From a virus (lineage: Duplodnaviria > Caudoviricetes), in the IMG/VR virus record IMGVR_UViG_3300043447_000395, positions 1 to 64,000 of that record: 64,000 nt of DNA, one strand, 5' to 3'. A program made the position numbers and the translations under genes. Positions 37,517 through 47,568 of the stretch are shown in pieces (position 1 is the stretch's first letter; each line of letters opens with the position of its first letter). Under the pieces are notes generated by a model. The model was not told the origin of the DNA. It saw nothing but the letters and a program-made list of their open reading frames with translations, and did no database searches.

Positions 37517-38058
37517 GTAATAAGTGGGACGAATTTATAGAAACTCCATCAAAAAAATTCGGGTATCAAGTGCCCGTTTTTACTCCCTCAATTTATAGAG
37601 AATACAGAGGTGAGATATTCACAACTTTTCATTCGGAAGAACATCCAGTAATGAAACATATTCATTATGAAAAAAGTGAAATTAGTATTCATGGTAGGTT
37701 TTCAAAATCATATAAAGGTGTGCTAAGAGGACTACACTATGACAATAAGACTTGGAAATTAGTTCAAGCTGCAGTAGGTGACATCTATTTAGTAGTTTTA
37801 GATATGAGACCAAAATCAGATACGTTCGGTGATTGGGAATCATTTATGATTACCGAAAAAGATAGAAACCAAGTTTTAGTTCCTCCTGGTTTTGCAAATG
37901 GTCATTATGCTTTAACTGATTGTATGTTTCATTACAATTTATTTTATAAAGATGGTTATGTTGATGCTGACGAACAAGGTGTTATTAAATGGAATGACCC
38001 TGAGTATCAAATGGAATGGCCAACAAATAATCCAATATTACAAAAACGAGATAGATGA
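37513..38058 (+). CDS. rfbC: dTDP-4-dehydrorhamnose 3,5-epimerase family (RmlC cupin)
   Basis: RGEIF, SYKGVLRGLH, KLVQ, LDMRPKS, VPPGFANGH, WNDP. Confidence 0.9.
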   Translation: MSNKWDEFIETPSKKFGYQVPVFTPSIYREYRGEIFTTFHSEEHPVMKHIHYEKSEISIHGRFSKSYKGVLRGLHYDNKTWKLVQAAVGDIYLVVLDMRPKSDTFGDWESFMITEKDRNQVLVPPGFANGHYALTDCMFHYNLFYKDGYVDADEQGVIKWNDPEYQMEWPTNNPILQKRDR

Positions 38059-38690
38059 TAAAAAATTTAATTGATGAATTACCTATTGTAAACGAACCTC
38101 TTTGGGATAAGGCAGGTTTAATACAATTTGAAAAAAAGATGGCTGACCATTGGGAGGCTGGTAAAGTAAGAGGACCGATACATTTAAGTGGAGGTAACGA
38201 AGATGAATTAATTGAAATCTTCAAATACATTAAAAAAAGTGATTGGGTTTTTTCCACTTGGAGATCTCACTATCATGCATTATTAAAAGGTGTACCATCT
38301 GAATGGTTAGAAGAAGAAATATTGGCTGGTAGGTCAATTACAATTGTTAACCAAGAAGAAAAATTTTATTCATCTGCAATTGTTGGTGCAATTATTCCGA
38401 TTGCAACGGGAGTTGCTATGGCTAATAAAAGAGATGGTAAAAACGATAAAGTTTGGTGTTTTATTGGTGATATGGCCTTTGAAACTGGTGGTTTCTACGA
38501 AATGCACAAATATACACAAAGATATGATTTACCCATACGTTTTGTAGTTGAAGATAATGGTGTATCAACTAACACACCTACTGAAGAAACTTGGAACGGA
38601 ATAAAAAGAGAAGTACCTAGTGATGTTATTTGGTACGATTATAAAAAAGAGTGGCCGCACTACGGGACAGGAAAATGGATTGTATTTTAA
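38055..38690 (+). CDS. TPP-dependent dehydrogenase E1 alpha-like subunit
   Basis: GPIHLSGGNE, STWRSHYHAL, AIVGA, IGDMAFETG...EDN (GDG-like...N TPP motif). Confidence 0.88.
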   Translation: MIKNLIDELPIVNEPLWDKAGLIQFEKKMADHWEAGKVRGPIHLSGGNEDELIEIFKYIKKSDWVFSTWRSHYHALLKGVPSEWLEEEILAGRSITIVNQEEKFYSSAIVGAIIPIATGVAMANKRDGKNDKVWCFIGDMAFETGGFYEMHKYTQRYDLPIRFVVEDNGVSTNTPTEETWNGIKREVPSDVIWYDYKKEWPHYGTGKWIVF

Positions 38691-41365
38691 ATTTTGTATA
38701 TGATGATTGGGACGAAGTAAATGACGTTCCAAAACCTAATAGGTTAAAAACTTATAGTCATCCCGATGATATTGAAGGGGTGACTTGGCGTCTATCCACT
38801 GACCCAATGAAAGTTTTTGCCGATGTAAAAATTAATAATAGGAGAATTACGGATGTTGGAAAATATCCTGAAGAAGTGTTCTTTTATCACGTTTGGAATA
38901 TTAATTGTTTCAATAATAGATTTTTTGCAAATGACATTTTACCTGTTGATTTAGAGGTTATTGAAATGGTTAAAAATCATGATAATTTATATCTAATTAT
39001 CATGAATGAATGTGAATTTGAGAAAAAACAAGCGTTAGAAAGATTAGATAGAATTGTTAAATCTATTGGTTTAAATCCAAATAAAGTTTGGTTTATACAT
39101 AATGGTGAAAAATTACCTGAACATAAAAAAGAATTGGGGACCGAAATTAATGTTCACGCATCTCGTTCAATGGCAACAGCATTGAAAATGAATATGAACA
39201 TAGAATTTAAAGAGGACAAAGACCCTGGTTCTTTTTTCTTGTGTATGAATCGTTCACCAAGAATTCATCGATATGGAATTTTATGTTTATTAAAACGATA
39301 TGGTATTTTAGATGACACAAACTGGTCATTAGTATGTGGTTGGGATTTTAATAGTAGAAATTATCTTTTTAAAGAAATTTTTAATTTTGATGATGTATTA
39401 GATTTAAATAACGAAATATCATATTTTACATCGCTTGAGGTTAGAAAAGGTAACTACGAATTAGAATACGATGGTTTAGATAATAGAAACGCACAAGACT
39501 TACCAAATGAACCTAAAACTTTTGAAAACTCTTACGTTAATATTGTGACTGAAACCAATTTTGTGGGTGACGATATTCACATAACTGAAAAATCATTTAA
39601 ACCATTTTTCTATTACCAATTCCCTCTGATGTTGGCATCGTATAATCATATAAAATACTTCAAAAAGGCTTACCCTGGGTTAGATTTTTTTGATGATGTA
39701 ATTGATCACAGTTATGATAATATCGAAAATGATAGAGATAGGTTAAATGCGTTTTTCCAACAAGTAAAATATATACACGAGAATAAAGAATTTTTTATTA
39801 GATTTTATAAAAAGAATAAAGATAGATTTATTAAGAACTACGAATATCTTACTAATTACACAAATCAATATGACCACGATTTCTTTGTTAAATTAAGTCA
39901 GACAAAAGTACCGTCTAATGTTTTTTTAAATTTAGTTTATGACACGTGGGACGAAGAGAAACAAGAACCAATTCAGATGAATTGTCGAGATGTGTTCTAT
40001 GAAAGTTTTTTACAAGAAAGAGATTCATTTGTAAACTCCTTAAATTTCCCTTCTGAATACATCAAGAGATTTCCACTTCGTGAAGTAGATAATCACCCAA
40101 ATAAGAAATTTTTCTTCTTTATAACACATACTCCTGGTCAATCTTTTATAAGAATTATGGAAGGTAATTCACCAATGCAACAAGAGGTGATTGATTGTTT
40201 AAAAAGAAATCCAAATTTCAATGTGATTTTTGGGAATGAACAAGAGTATGAGCATTATCATTCATTTAAGGCACTACATTATTGGTTAAAAATGAATGGA
40301 ATAAATGGGAATCAAATCTATATGGTTAACAACAATATTGATTTGAAGAGTTATAAAGAAAGATTGAATAGTGACATCAATGTATTCTCTACATCAAAAG
40401 TGAGTACTCACATATACATTGCAATGACGTATATGATGCCTGATTTACATTTTAAAGAGGAGAAGAGTGGTAAGTTATTCTTATGTCATAATAGAAGAGT
40501 TCGACCACATAGATATGGATTGTTGGCTTTATTGAAAAAAGAAAATCTTTTGGATGACGTAGATTGGTCATTAGTTTGTGGCTATGAGGCTGCCAATTTT
40601 GATTACGTGAGTTGGTATAGAGATATATTTGATATTTGGGATTTAAAAGAGTTACTCCCTGAGATTGATTATTTCCATAGTGTCGATATGAAGAAATGTA
40701 TGTTCGAAGAAGAAAAAACTTGGTTTGATGATAGAGTCAATCCCGATGGAGTTTATTGGGGTGAGACTTACACTGCACCAACTTACGAAGAGTCGTATTT
40801 TAACATTGTGACCGAATCGGAATATAGTTCTAACACAATACATATTTCCGAAAAATCATTCAAACCTTTTGTTACTTACCAATTCCCTTTAATATTGGCA
40901 TCTCCAAGACATATTCATGCAATTAGAAAAAGATATGGTTTTGATTTCTTTGATGATGTGATTGATCACAGTTATGATTTAGAACTTAACCATTCAGAAA
41001 GATTAATAAAATTTGTTAAGGAAATAAAAAGAATACAAGAGAATAAAGAATTTTTCATTGAGTTCTATAAGAACAACAAAGAGAGATTTGTAAAGAATCA
41101 TGAATTATCAAAAAAATTAACTCATGATACTAGTGATAAAGATTTTCTTAAGAAATTATGCGGTCTTTATGAATATGAATTTGAGACTGGCGTTAGAAGG
41201 GTAAACGAAGACTTTGAAGATGATTTCTATGAAAAACAATTAGAAAGATACGAACAAAGTGGTGTTGAACCTAAAGATCCAATTGAAGTTGAAACACAAA
41301 AATTAATTGAGGGGGTATTAAATCAAGTGACTCCTCAACCTCCCGTAAAAAGAAATTTAATTTAA
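38675..41365 (+). CDS. large protein with two tandem copies of a GT10-like domain
   Basis: two repeats of FLC-NR..R.HRY, WSLVCG, NIVTE, HI(T/S)EKSFKPF, DFFDDVIDHSYD; probable start ATG 38675; ends KRNLI. Confidence 0.7.
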   Translation: MDCILNFVYDDWDEVNDVPKPNRLKTYSHPDDIEGVTWRLSTDPMKVFADVKINNRRITDVGKYPEEVFFYHVWNINCFNNRFFANDILPVDLEVIEMVKNHDNLYLIIMNECEFEKKQALERLDRIVKSIGLNPNKVWFIHNGEKLPEHKKELGTEINVHASRSMATALKMNMNIEFKEDKDPGSFFLCMNRSPRIHRYGILCLLKRYGILDDTNWSLVCGWDFNSRNYLFKEIFNFDDVLDLNNEISYFTSLEVRKGNYELEYDGLDNRNAQDLPNEPKTFENSYVNIVTETNFVGDDIHITEKSFKPFFYYQFPLMLASYNHIKYFKKAYPGLDFFDDVIDHSYDNIENDRDRLNAFFQQVKYIHENKEFFIRFYKKNKDRFIKNYEYLTNYTNQYDHDFFVKLSQTKVPSNVFLNLVYDTWDEEKQEPIQMNCRDVFYESFLQERDSFVNSLNFPSEYIKRFPLREVDNHPNKKFFFFITHTPGQSFIRIMEGNSPMQQEVIDCLKRNPNFNVIFGNEQEYEHYHSFKALHYWLKMNGINGNQIYMVNNNIDLKSYKERLNSDINVFSTSKVSTHIYIAMTYMMPDLHFKEEKSGKLFLCHNRRVRPHRYGLLALLKKENLLDDVDWSLVCGYEAANFDYVSWYRDIFDIWDLKELLPEIDYFHSVDMKKCMFEEEKTWFDDRVNPDGVYWGETYTAPTYEESYFNIVTESEYSSNTIHISEKSFKPFVTYQFPLILASPRHIHAIRKRYGFDFFDDVIDHSYDLELNHSERLIKFVKEIKRIQENKEFFIEFYKNNKERFVKNHELSKKLTHDTSDKDFLKKLCGLYEYEFETGVRRVNEDFEDDFYEKQLERYEQSGVEPKDPIEVETQKLIEGVLNQVTPQPPVKRNLI

Positions 41366-42298
41366 ATGAAAAAAGTATTAATAACAGGTTGTAGTGGGTT
41401 AGTCGGTACCCACTTAATAAAAAAATGTATCGATTTAGGTTACGATGTTGTAGGAACCGATTTATATAGAAATGAATTCTTACCCATGGATGGTTGGCGT
41501 TTCATCAAGAAAGATTTAACATCACCGAATGGTGTCGAGGAGTTATTTCTAAATAATACCTATGATGTGGTGTTTAATACTTTTGGTGTTAAAGGTTCAC
41601 CTATGAGAGCTAAAACTAAACCTGTTGATTTTTTATACCCATCTTTTAAAATCAACACTGAAATAATCAATCAATGTGCTATGTCAAATATTTGGTTGGT
41701 TTTTGTTAGTTCGGTTGGTGTTTATGCACCTTCTGAAAAATTCATAGAAGATAGTGTTTGGGAAACATTACCTGGCCAAGCCGATTGGTTCCCTTCTTGG
41801 AGTAAAAGAATGGGTGAGTTATTACTTGAAGCTTATAGTGTTCAATATGGATATAAAAAATGGTCAATAGTACGTCCCGCAAACATATTTGGTGAGTACG
41901 ATGATTTTAGTGGTAACGGAACTGTAATAGCATCTACAATTAAAAAAGTTGTTGACTCAAGTGGTCAAATCGAAGCGTGGGGAGACGGTTCTCCGATTAG
42001 AGACTTTGTTTACGCGGGTGATGTTGCAAATGGATTAATTAAGATGTATGAAAATAAAATAAACGATGTTGTAAATTTTGGTTCAGGTATTGAAATTACA
42101 ATTAAAGAAATCGTTAATAAAATAGTTGACATTAGTAATAAAGAAATCGAAGTGAAGTGGGATTCATCTAAACCGAACGGAGATTTAAAAAGATTAATGG
42201 ATACAACAAAACAAATAAAATATGATATTTTACCTGAAATATCATTCGATAAAGCTTTAAAAAATGTATATGAATTCTACTCCAATACAACCAAATGA
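41366..42298 (+). CDS. NAD-dependent epimerase/reductase (GDP-fucose synthase-like SDR)
   Basis: VLITGCSGLVG, VSSVGVY, WSKR, RPANIFG, WGDGSPIRDFVY, KPNG. Confidence 0.88.
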   Translation: MKKVLITGCSGLVGTHLIKKCIDLGYDVVGTDLYRNEFLPMDGWRFIKKDLTSPNGVEELFLNNTYDVVFNTFGVKGSPMRAKTKPVDFLYPSFKINTEIINQCAMSNIWLVFVSSVGVYAPSEKFIEDSVWETLPGQADWFPSWSKRMGELLLEAYSVQYGYKKWSIVRPANIFGEYDDFSGNGTVIASTIKKVVDSSGQIEAWGDGSPIRDFVYAGDVANGLIKMYENKINDVVNFGSGIEITIKEIVNKIVDISNKEIEVKWDSSKPNGDLKRLMDTTKQIKYDILPEISFDKALKNVYEFYSNTTK

Positions 42299-43016
42299 TT
42301 ATTTAGATGAAGGTGCCTATGTAGGTAACATAATGGATTTTATTAATGATGACGAATATAACGAAATGTTATCAGTGATTGAAAAGGTAAAAGAATATGC
42401 AACTATAAATCGTGAAACTGAATTGTATTGTCGATATATGATTAATGGTGATAATAGTAATTATGAACACAAAATACCATTAAGTGAAGTCGATTCAAGA
42501 GATTTATATATAAAAGAAAATAATTTTACAATTTTTCAAAAATGGTATGAGTTTTCAATTAAAACAGAACCGGAAAAACCAGACCTTTTCGAATTTTTCA
42601 TAAAGTTCTGTAAAAGAATCTTAAATCATTTTTATCCCAACTATGAAATTAATTATAATGCGAGAACCGGTGGCTTCACTTTATATGAAGATGGTCATTT
42701 TATTATCGACCATAAAGATGGTAACAACGTTGGTCGTGTTTGTGTAATTATTCTTTATCTTTCCCCTGAATCCGAGTATAATAATGATGGAGGTGGAGAA
42801 TTAGTTGTTAAAACTAATTCACATAAACTATACACAATTAAACCAATTTTAGGTACATTTAGTTTATTAGATTTTTCCGAAAATGACATTCATCATCAGG
42901 TAAACATGGTTAAAAATGGTTTCAAAAGATACGCATTTATTAACTTTTTTAATCTTAAAGAAGGTCAAGAATTTATTGTTAGGGAAGACAAAGCGGATCA
43001 CACAAAATTAATCTAA
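42264..43016 (+). CDS. 2OG-Fe(II) oxygenase, paralog of 35046-35870
   Basis: YEDGHFIIDHKDG, VIILYL, GGGEL, HQVNMV, KRYAF; ends TKLI. Confidence 0.82.
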   Translation: MYMNSTPIQPNDYLDEGAYVGNIMDFINDDEYNEMLSVIEKVKEYATINRETELYCRYMINGDNSNYEHKIPLSEVDSRDLYIKENNFTIFQKWYEFSIKTEPEKPDLFEFFIKFCKRILNHFYPNYEINYNARTGGFTLYEDGHFIIDHKDGNNVGRVCVIILYLSPESEYNNDGGGELVVKTNSHKLYTIKPILGTFSLLDFSENDIHHQVNMVKNGFKRYAFINFFNLKEGQEFIVREDKADHTKLI

Positions 43017-43048
43017 TATAATTTAAACTATAATTTTAAAAACAAAGA

Positions 43049-44023
43049 ATGAACAAAGATGTCAAGATTTTAATCACCGGAGGTTCGGGGTTAGTAGGTC
43101 AAAATTTAACCGAAAGATTAATTAACGAAGGTTATACTAATTTAAGAGTTAACTTACATAAAAGAGGTGTTAGAATTGAATATGACGGTGTTGAATATAC
43201 ACATCATGATTTACAAACATATCAAGGGTGTCGTGAAGCAACTGAAGGTGTAAATGTAGTATTTCATGCTGCTGCTTCAACATCAAATGCCGTAGATACT
43301 GTCGTTGATCCATTAGCACATGTAACACCTAATGTTGCAATGAATAACTTTTTAATTGATGCATCATGGAGAAGTGGTGTTGAACATTACATATTTATAT
43401 CGTCGAATACTGTGTATCCACCAAAAGGTGATGAACCTGTTGTTGAAAGTGATTTCTTATTTGATGAACCTTACCCCGTTTACTTCCCTGTTGGTTGGAT
43501 GAAACGTTACGCTGAGGTTCAATGTGAACTCTACGCAAAATACTTACCTCGAACAATGAAGTGTACTGTTATTAGACCAGCAAATTTGTTTGGTCCACAC
43601 GATAAATACGATTTCAACAAGTGTCACGTAACCCCTGCAACAATTCGTAAAGTTGCCGATAAGATGAATCCAATACCAGTATGGGGTGATGGTACTGAAT
43701 TAAGAGATTTATTATATGTTGGTGATTTTGTCGAAGCGTTACAAGTGGTAATGGAAAAAGAAACAGAAATGTTCCAAACATATAATATTGGTTCTAATGA
43801 AGTTCACTCAGTGCTAGAAGTTTTGGATTTAATGAAAACGATTGCTGAATACGATGCACCTACAGAATTTATCAGTGGTAAACCGTCAATGATTCCAACA
43901 CGTAAAATCGATTCTAATAAGATTAAAGAAAAATTAGGTTGGGAATCTACCACATCATTGGCAATTGGATTAAAGAAAGCCTACGATTGGTATAACGAAA
44001 ACAAAAGTGAATTTAATAAATAA
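43049..44023 (+). CDS. NAD-dependent epimerase/reductase (GDP-fucose synthase-like SDR)
   Basis: ILITGGSGLVG, FHAAA, ISSNTVY, RPANLFGPHD, WGDGTELRD. Confidence 0.9.
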   Translation: MNKDVKILITGGSGLVGQNLTERLINEGYTNLRVNLHKRGVRIEYDGVEYTHHDLQTYQGCREATEGVNVVFHAAASTSNAVDTVVDPLAHVTPNVAMNNFLIDASWRSGVEHYIFISSNTVYPPKGDEPVVESDFLFDEPYPVYFPVGWMKRYAEVQCELYAKYLPRTMKCTVIRPANLFGPHDKYDFNKCHVTPATIRKVADKMNPIPVWGDGTELRDLLYVGDFVEALQVVMEKETEMFQTYNIGSNEVHSVLEVLDLMKTIAEYDAPTEFISGKPSMIPTRKIDSNKIKEKLGWESTTSLAIGLKKAYDWYNENKSEFNK

Positions 44024-45159
44024 TGTGGTTAGAATCACAGAAATATCATTTACATATTGAACTAACATCTAAGTGCAATTCGGCTTGTCCGAATTGTCCT
44101 AGATTTGTTATGGGTTCCACAAAGTTAAATCCAGCAGTTTCATTAGGTGAAATCAAATTAAAAGACATCAAGAAATGGTTTAGTGTTGATTTCATTAAAA
44201 AAATTGGTAGTATAAACTTTTGTGGTAACTTAGGTGACCCTACGAATTGTACTGAGATGAATGAAATTGTTGAATACTTTTATAAGAACAACAATCAAAT
44301 CATGATTGAAATACATACCAATGGTGGAGCCAGAAATGTTGATTTTTGGAAAAAATTAGGTGAACTCTCTAAAATTGCTGGTGACAATATTTTAGTCATT
44401 TTTAGTGTAGATGGATTAGAAGAAACTAACCACATTTACAGAAGAAATGTTAAGTGGGAAAAACTTGTAGAGAACATTACCACATATACAAGTAACGGTG
44501 GCTATGCCATATGGGAATTCTTATTATTTGCACATAACGAACATGAAATCTATTTGGCCAAATATAAATCTAAAGAATATGGTTTTAGACATATTAGATT
44601 TAAAAGAGCCGCAGGTTTTGAAGACTACTTAAATAGTAGAACAGTACCTATGGGTGTCTACGATAAAGAGGGTAATTTAGAATATGTTATCGAACCATCT
44701 GTTGATTATCCTAATTCATCACTACCATATGTTGGTAATCAGTGTACTCCTCCAAGTAAAGTAAACTTAGACATTTATAATTATAATTTTAATCGTTTAG
44801 ATTACGAAGAGTATTCGATTTTTAAAAATAATAAGATTACTTGTAAATCATTAAAACCTAATGGTGAGATTGAAGTATTTTTAAGTTATAAAGGTGAGAT
44901 AAGACCTTGTTGTTTTATTGGTGTTGATTTGGATAAACACTCTTTAGGTGGTTACAATACCCAATTAAAAGAAATATTTAATTATGACTGTAATTTAAAC
45001 ACCAATAGTTTAGATAATATTTTAGAATTTTTTGATAAAAAAATAAAAGATAAATGGAATGATACATTTGAAAATGGTAAATGTATAAAATGTAGTATGA
45101 CATGTGGTATATCCTCACAAATCGATCATTCGAGATTATATAATGATATTGAAATATAA
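44023..45159 (+). CDS. radical SAM protein with C-terminal Cys-rich (SPASM/twitch-like) region
   Basis: ELTSKCNSACPNC (CxxxCxxC), GNLGDP, HTNGG, FSVDG, RPCC, CIKCSMTCG. Confidence 0.9.
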   Translation: MWLESQKYHLHIELTSKCNSACPNCPRFVMGSTKLNPAVSLGEIKLKDIKKWFSVDFIKKIGSINFCGNLGDPTNCTEMNEIVEYFYKNNNQIMIEIHTNGGARNVDFWKKLGELSKIAGDNILVIFSVDGLEETNHIYRRNVKWEKLVENITTYTSNGGYAIWEFLLFAHNEHEIYLAKYKSKEYGFRHIRFKRAAGFEDYLNSRTVPMGVYDKEGNLEYVIEPSVDYPNSSLPYVGNQCTPPSKVNLDIYNYNFNRLDYEEYSIFKNNKITCKSLKPNGEIEVFLSYKGEIRPCCFIGVDLDKHSLGGYNTQLKEIFNYDCNLNTNSLDNILEFFDKKIKDKWNDTFENGKCIKCSMTCGISSQIDHSRLYNDIEI

Positions 45160-45162
45160 ATT

Positions 45163-46155
45163 ATGAAAACAAAATCAGATAAAGTTTACAAAGGAATGGT
45201 TTTCGCAGGCTGTTCTTTTACTTGGGGTCAAGGATTGTATTATTACTCTAATCTACCGACATTACAAGAACCCCCACCAGATGCTTATAACTCACAATTG
45301 GTAACTCATTCACATAATGCATATAGAAAAACATTATATTTTCCGAGATTAGTTGCTAATCACTTTAACACTTTTGAAGTTTCGATGATTCAAAATGGTG
45401 GTTCAGAACAAACATCATTAGATTATTTAAAATGTGTTCACGGAATTGCGGAACCTAACACTGGATTTTATACAATGAACCATTCATTTGATGAAATCGA
45501 ATACATTGTATTTCAAACATCACAACCACAAAGAAATACCCATTACTATGTGTATCAATCACCATATGATGGTAATGAATATGAATTATCAGAATTTAGA
45601 ACATATTCACCTGATACACATGATAAGTTTTACAAATATCTTGCTCATCAGAAAAAAACATACTTTGATGAATGGTATAATGAACACATGAAAACTTGGG
45701 TTCGTATATTAAAACATAATTTACAATTTTACGAATCTAAAGGTATTAAAACATTAATCGTGAATTGGGAGGCGGAATACTTACCTTTTATTAATGAAGA
45801 TGAATGGTTATCAAAAAGAAGTATTGGTCTCGAATTTGAAGGTAAAGAATACACTTGTATTAGACAATTAATGAATGAGAATAGATTCTTACACATTAAT
45901 AGTGATGAGGAACATTTTGAGGATACTCCTAAAGATCATCACCCATCAAAACAATGTCACAGAATTATCGCAGATAATATCATTAAAAAAATTGAGTCTA
46001 AGGACATCGTTTACGGTGACATGTTAGGTAAAAACATCGAACATTTAGAATACGACACAATCGTCGACAACATTTATAGTGACCGTGTCACATATAATCC
46101 TAAAACAAGAAAAATAGAAAAAAAAGAAGATAATGGTACAAACAAGCTCATATAA
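45163..46155 (+). CDS. SGNH/GDSL-fold protein
   Basis: FAGCSFTWGQG, NGGS, DHHPSKQCH; ends NKLI after a charged tail. Confidence 0.78.
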   Translation: MKTKSDKVYKGMVFAGCSFTWGQGLYYYSNLPTLQEPPPDAYNSQLVTHSHNAYRKTLYFPRLVANHFNTFEVSMIQNGGSEQTSLDYLKCVHGIAEPNTGFYTMNHSFDEIEYIVFQTSQPQRNTHYYVYQSPYDGNEYELSEFRTYSPDTHDKFYKYLAHQKKTYFDEWYNEHMKTWVRILKHNLQFYESKGIKTLIVNWEAEYLPFINEDEWLSKRSIGLEFEGKEYTCIRQLMNENRFLHINSDEEHFEDTPKDHHPSKQCHRIIADNIIKKIESKDIVYGDMLGKNIEHLEYDTIVDNIYSDRVTYNPKTRKIEKKEDNGTNKLI

Positions 46156-46672
46156 AGACGCATTAACTAATTCAATGACATATCTTGGTCAACAACCAGA
46201 TACGGTCTTTATCGGTCAACAAGTTCTTTGGCACGGTAATCCAATGAGTACTACTATTGGTGAAGTTCCAAAAGACAAATTAATTGAGGTTCCGGTAATG
46301 GAAGAATCACAAATGGGTATGTCATTAGGCATGGCGATGACTGGACAATTTGTTATCACATTTTACCCGAGATGGGATTTTTTAATCTGTGCAACAAATC
46401 AATTAGTTAATCATGTTGATAAAATTAATTTAATGAGTCAAGGTAAATGGAATCCTAATATGATTATTAGATTAGGTAAGGGTTCAGATAAACCTTTAGA
46501 CCCAGGTCATCAACATAGAGGTAATTACTTTGACGAGTTTAAGTCTATGTGTCCTAACATTAAATTCCACGATTTGAAAGACGATAAAGAAATCGAATCG
46601 ATTTATAAAAATGTTTACTCTGAGGGTGGTATTCATGTAATTGTTGAATACCCTGAGTTATATTACGTATAA
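46133..46672 (+). CDS. TPP-dependent dehydrogenase E1 beta/transketolase pyrimidine-binding subunit (short)
   Basis: VFIGQ, IEVPVMEESQMGMSLGMAM, FLICATNQLVN, GHQH. Confidence 0.85.
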   Translation: MVQTSSYKDALTNSMTYLGQQPDTVFIGQQVLWHGNPMSTTIGEVPKDKLIEVPVMEESQMGMSLGMAMTGQFVITFYPRWDFLICATNQLVNHVDKINLMSQGKWNPNMIIRLGKGSDKPLDPGHQHRGNYFDEFKSMCPNIKFHDLKDDKEIESIYKNVYSEGGIHVIVEYPELYYV

Positions 46673-46680
46673 AATAAGTT

Positions 46681-47568
46681 ATGGTAAAACATTTAATTAC
46701 AGGTGGTTGTAGTTTTAGTCATTCGGGTGCGGTGAGTGAAACATGGTTAGGTTCGTTAGTTGATTGGATGAAAGAAAAAAATCCTGAATTGACTTTCGAA
46801 CATACGGGTTATTCAAGTAATGGTCAAGATTTAATTCAGAAGAAGGTTATGTTATCATTATCTGAAGCACTTGATTCAGGTTTAAATCCTGATGAAATTT
46901 TAGTAGTTGTAATGTGGAGCGGGACCTTTCGTAAAGCTTGGTACATCGATAATCCATATGTGATTAAAGAAATGACAAACGAATGGTTAAAGTTTGTCGG
47001 TGGCATGTCAAGTCAATTTTTGGATTTAAAAAATAGTGTAGGTGATAATCCTAATTATTTCTACACCAAGAATGGTAGTAAATTTGAATACAACGCTAAG
47101 GGAGGTTGGTATTTTACTGTAAACGGTAGTGATTGTAAATTAGACTTTGTCCAAACACATTATCTTTTAGATGGTGATATGTATAATGGAATTGGTAAAA
47201 TACATTCAAGTTTAGAGAACATCGTAATGCTTCAAAATTATTGTAAATTAAAAAATGTTAAGTTAATTAATCAGTTTTTTATGGACCACGTTTTTGAAGA
47301 CATCGAAAAGAATAAAGAACACCAATTGATAAACTACTTATACAATCAATTAGATTTTGATAATATGATTGTGGAAGGTATGTTTGAATATCTTCATACT
47401 CTATTAGGGATTGAAAGAAAGGATTCAATTAATGTTACTCATGAAGGTAGATTAGAAATTGATAAGGACACCAAATACTTTAATAAAGATGGGTTTCATC
47501 CTAGTAGATACGGTGCAGACTTATGGTGTCAGAATAATTTATTCCCCTTTTTAAATAATAAAATATAA
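46681..47568 (+). CDS. SGNH/GDSL-fold protein
   Basis: ITGGCSFS, SNGQD, VMWSG, DGFHPSRYG. Confidence 0.78.
   Translation: MVKHLITGGCSFSHSGAVSETWLGSLVDWMKEKNPELTFEHTGYSSNGQDLIQKKVMLSLSEALDSGLNPDEILVVVMWSGTFRKAWYIDNPYVIKEMTNEWLKFVGGMSSQFLDLKNSVGDNPNYFYTKNGSKFEYNAKGGWYFTVNGSDCKLDFVQTHYLLDGDMYNGIGKIHSSLENIVMLQNYCKLKNVKLINQFFMDHVFEDIEKNKEHQLINYLYNQLDFDNMIVEGMFEYLHTLLGIERKDSINVTHEGRLEIDKDTKYFNKDGFHPSRYGADLWCQNNLFPFLNNKI

Noticed and set aside
38055-46672. Pyruvate dehydrogenase auxiliary metabolic genes
   Set aside because: Subunits are short, no E2/E3 are in the window, and the context is NDP-sugar enzymes
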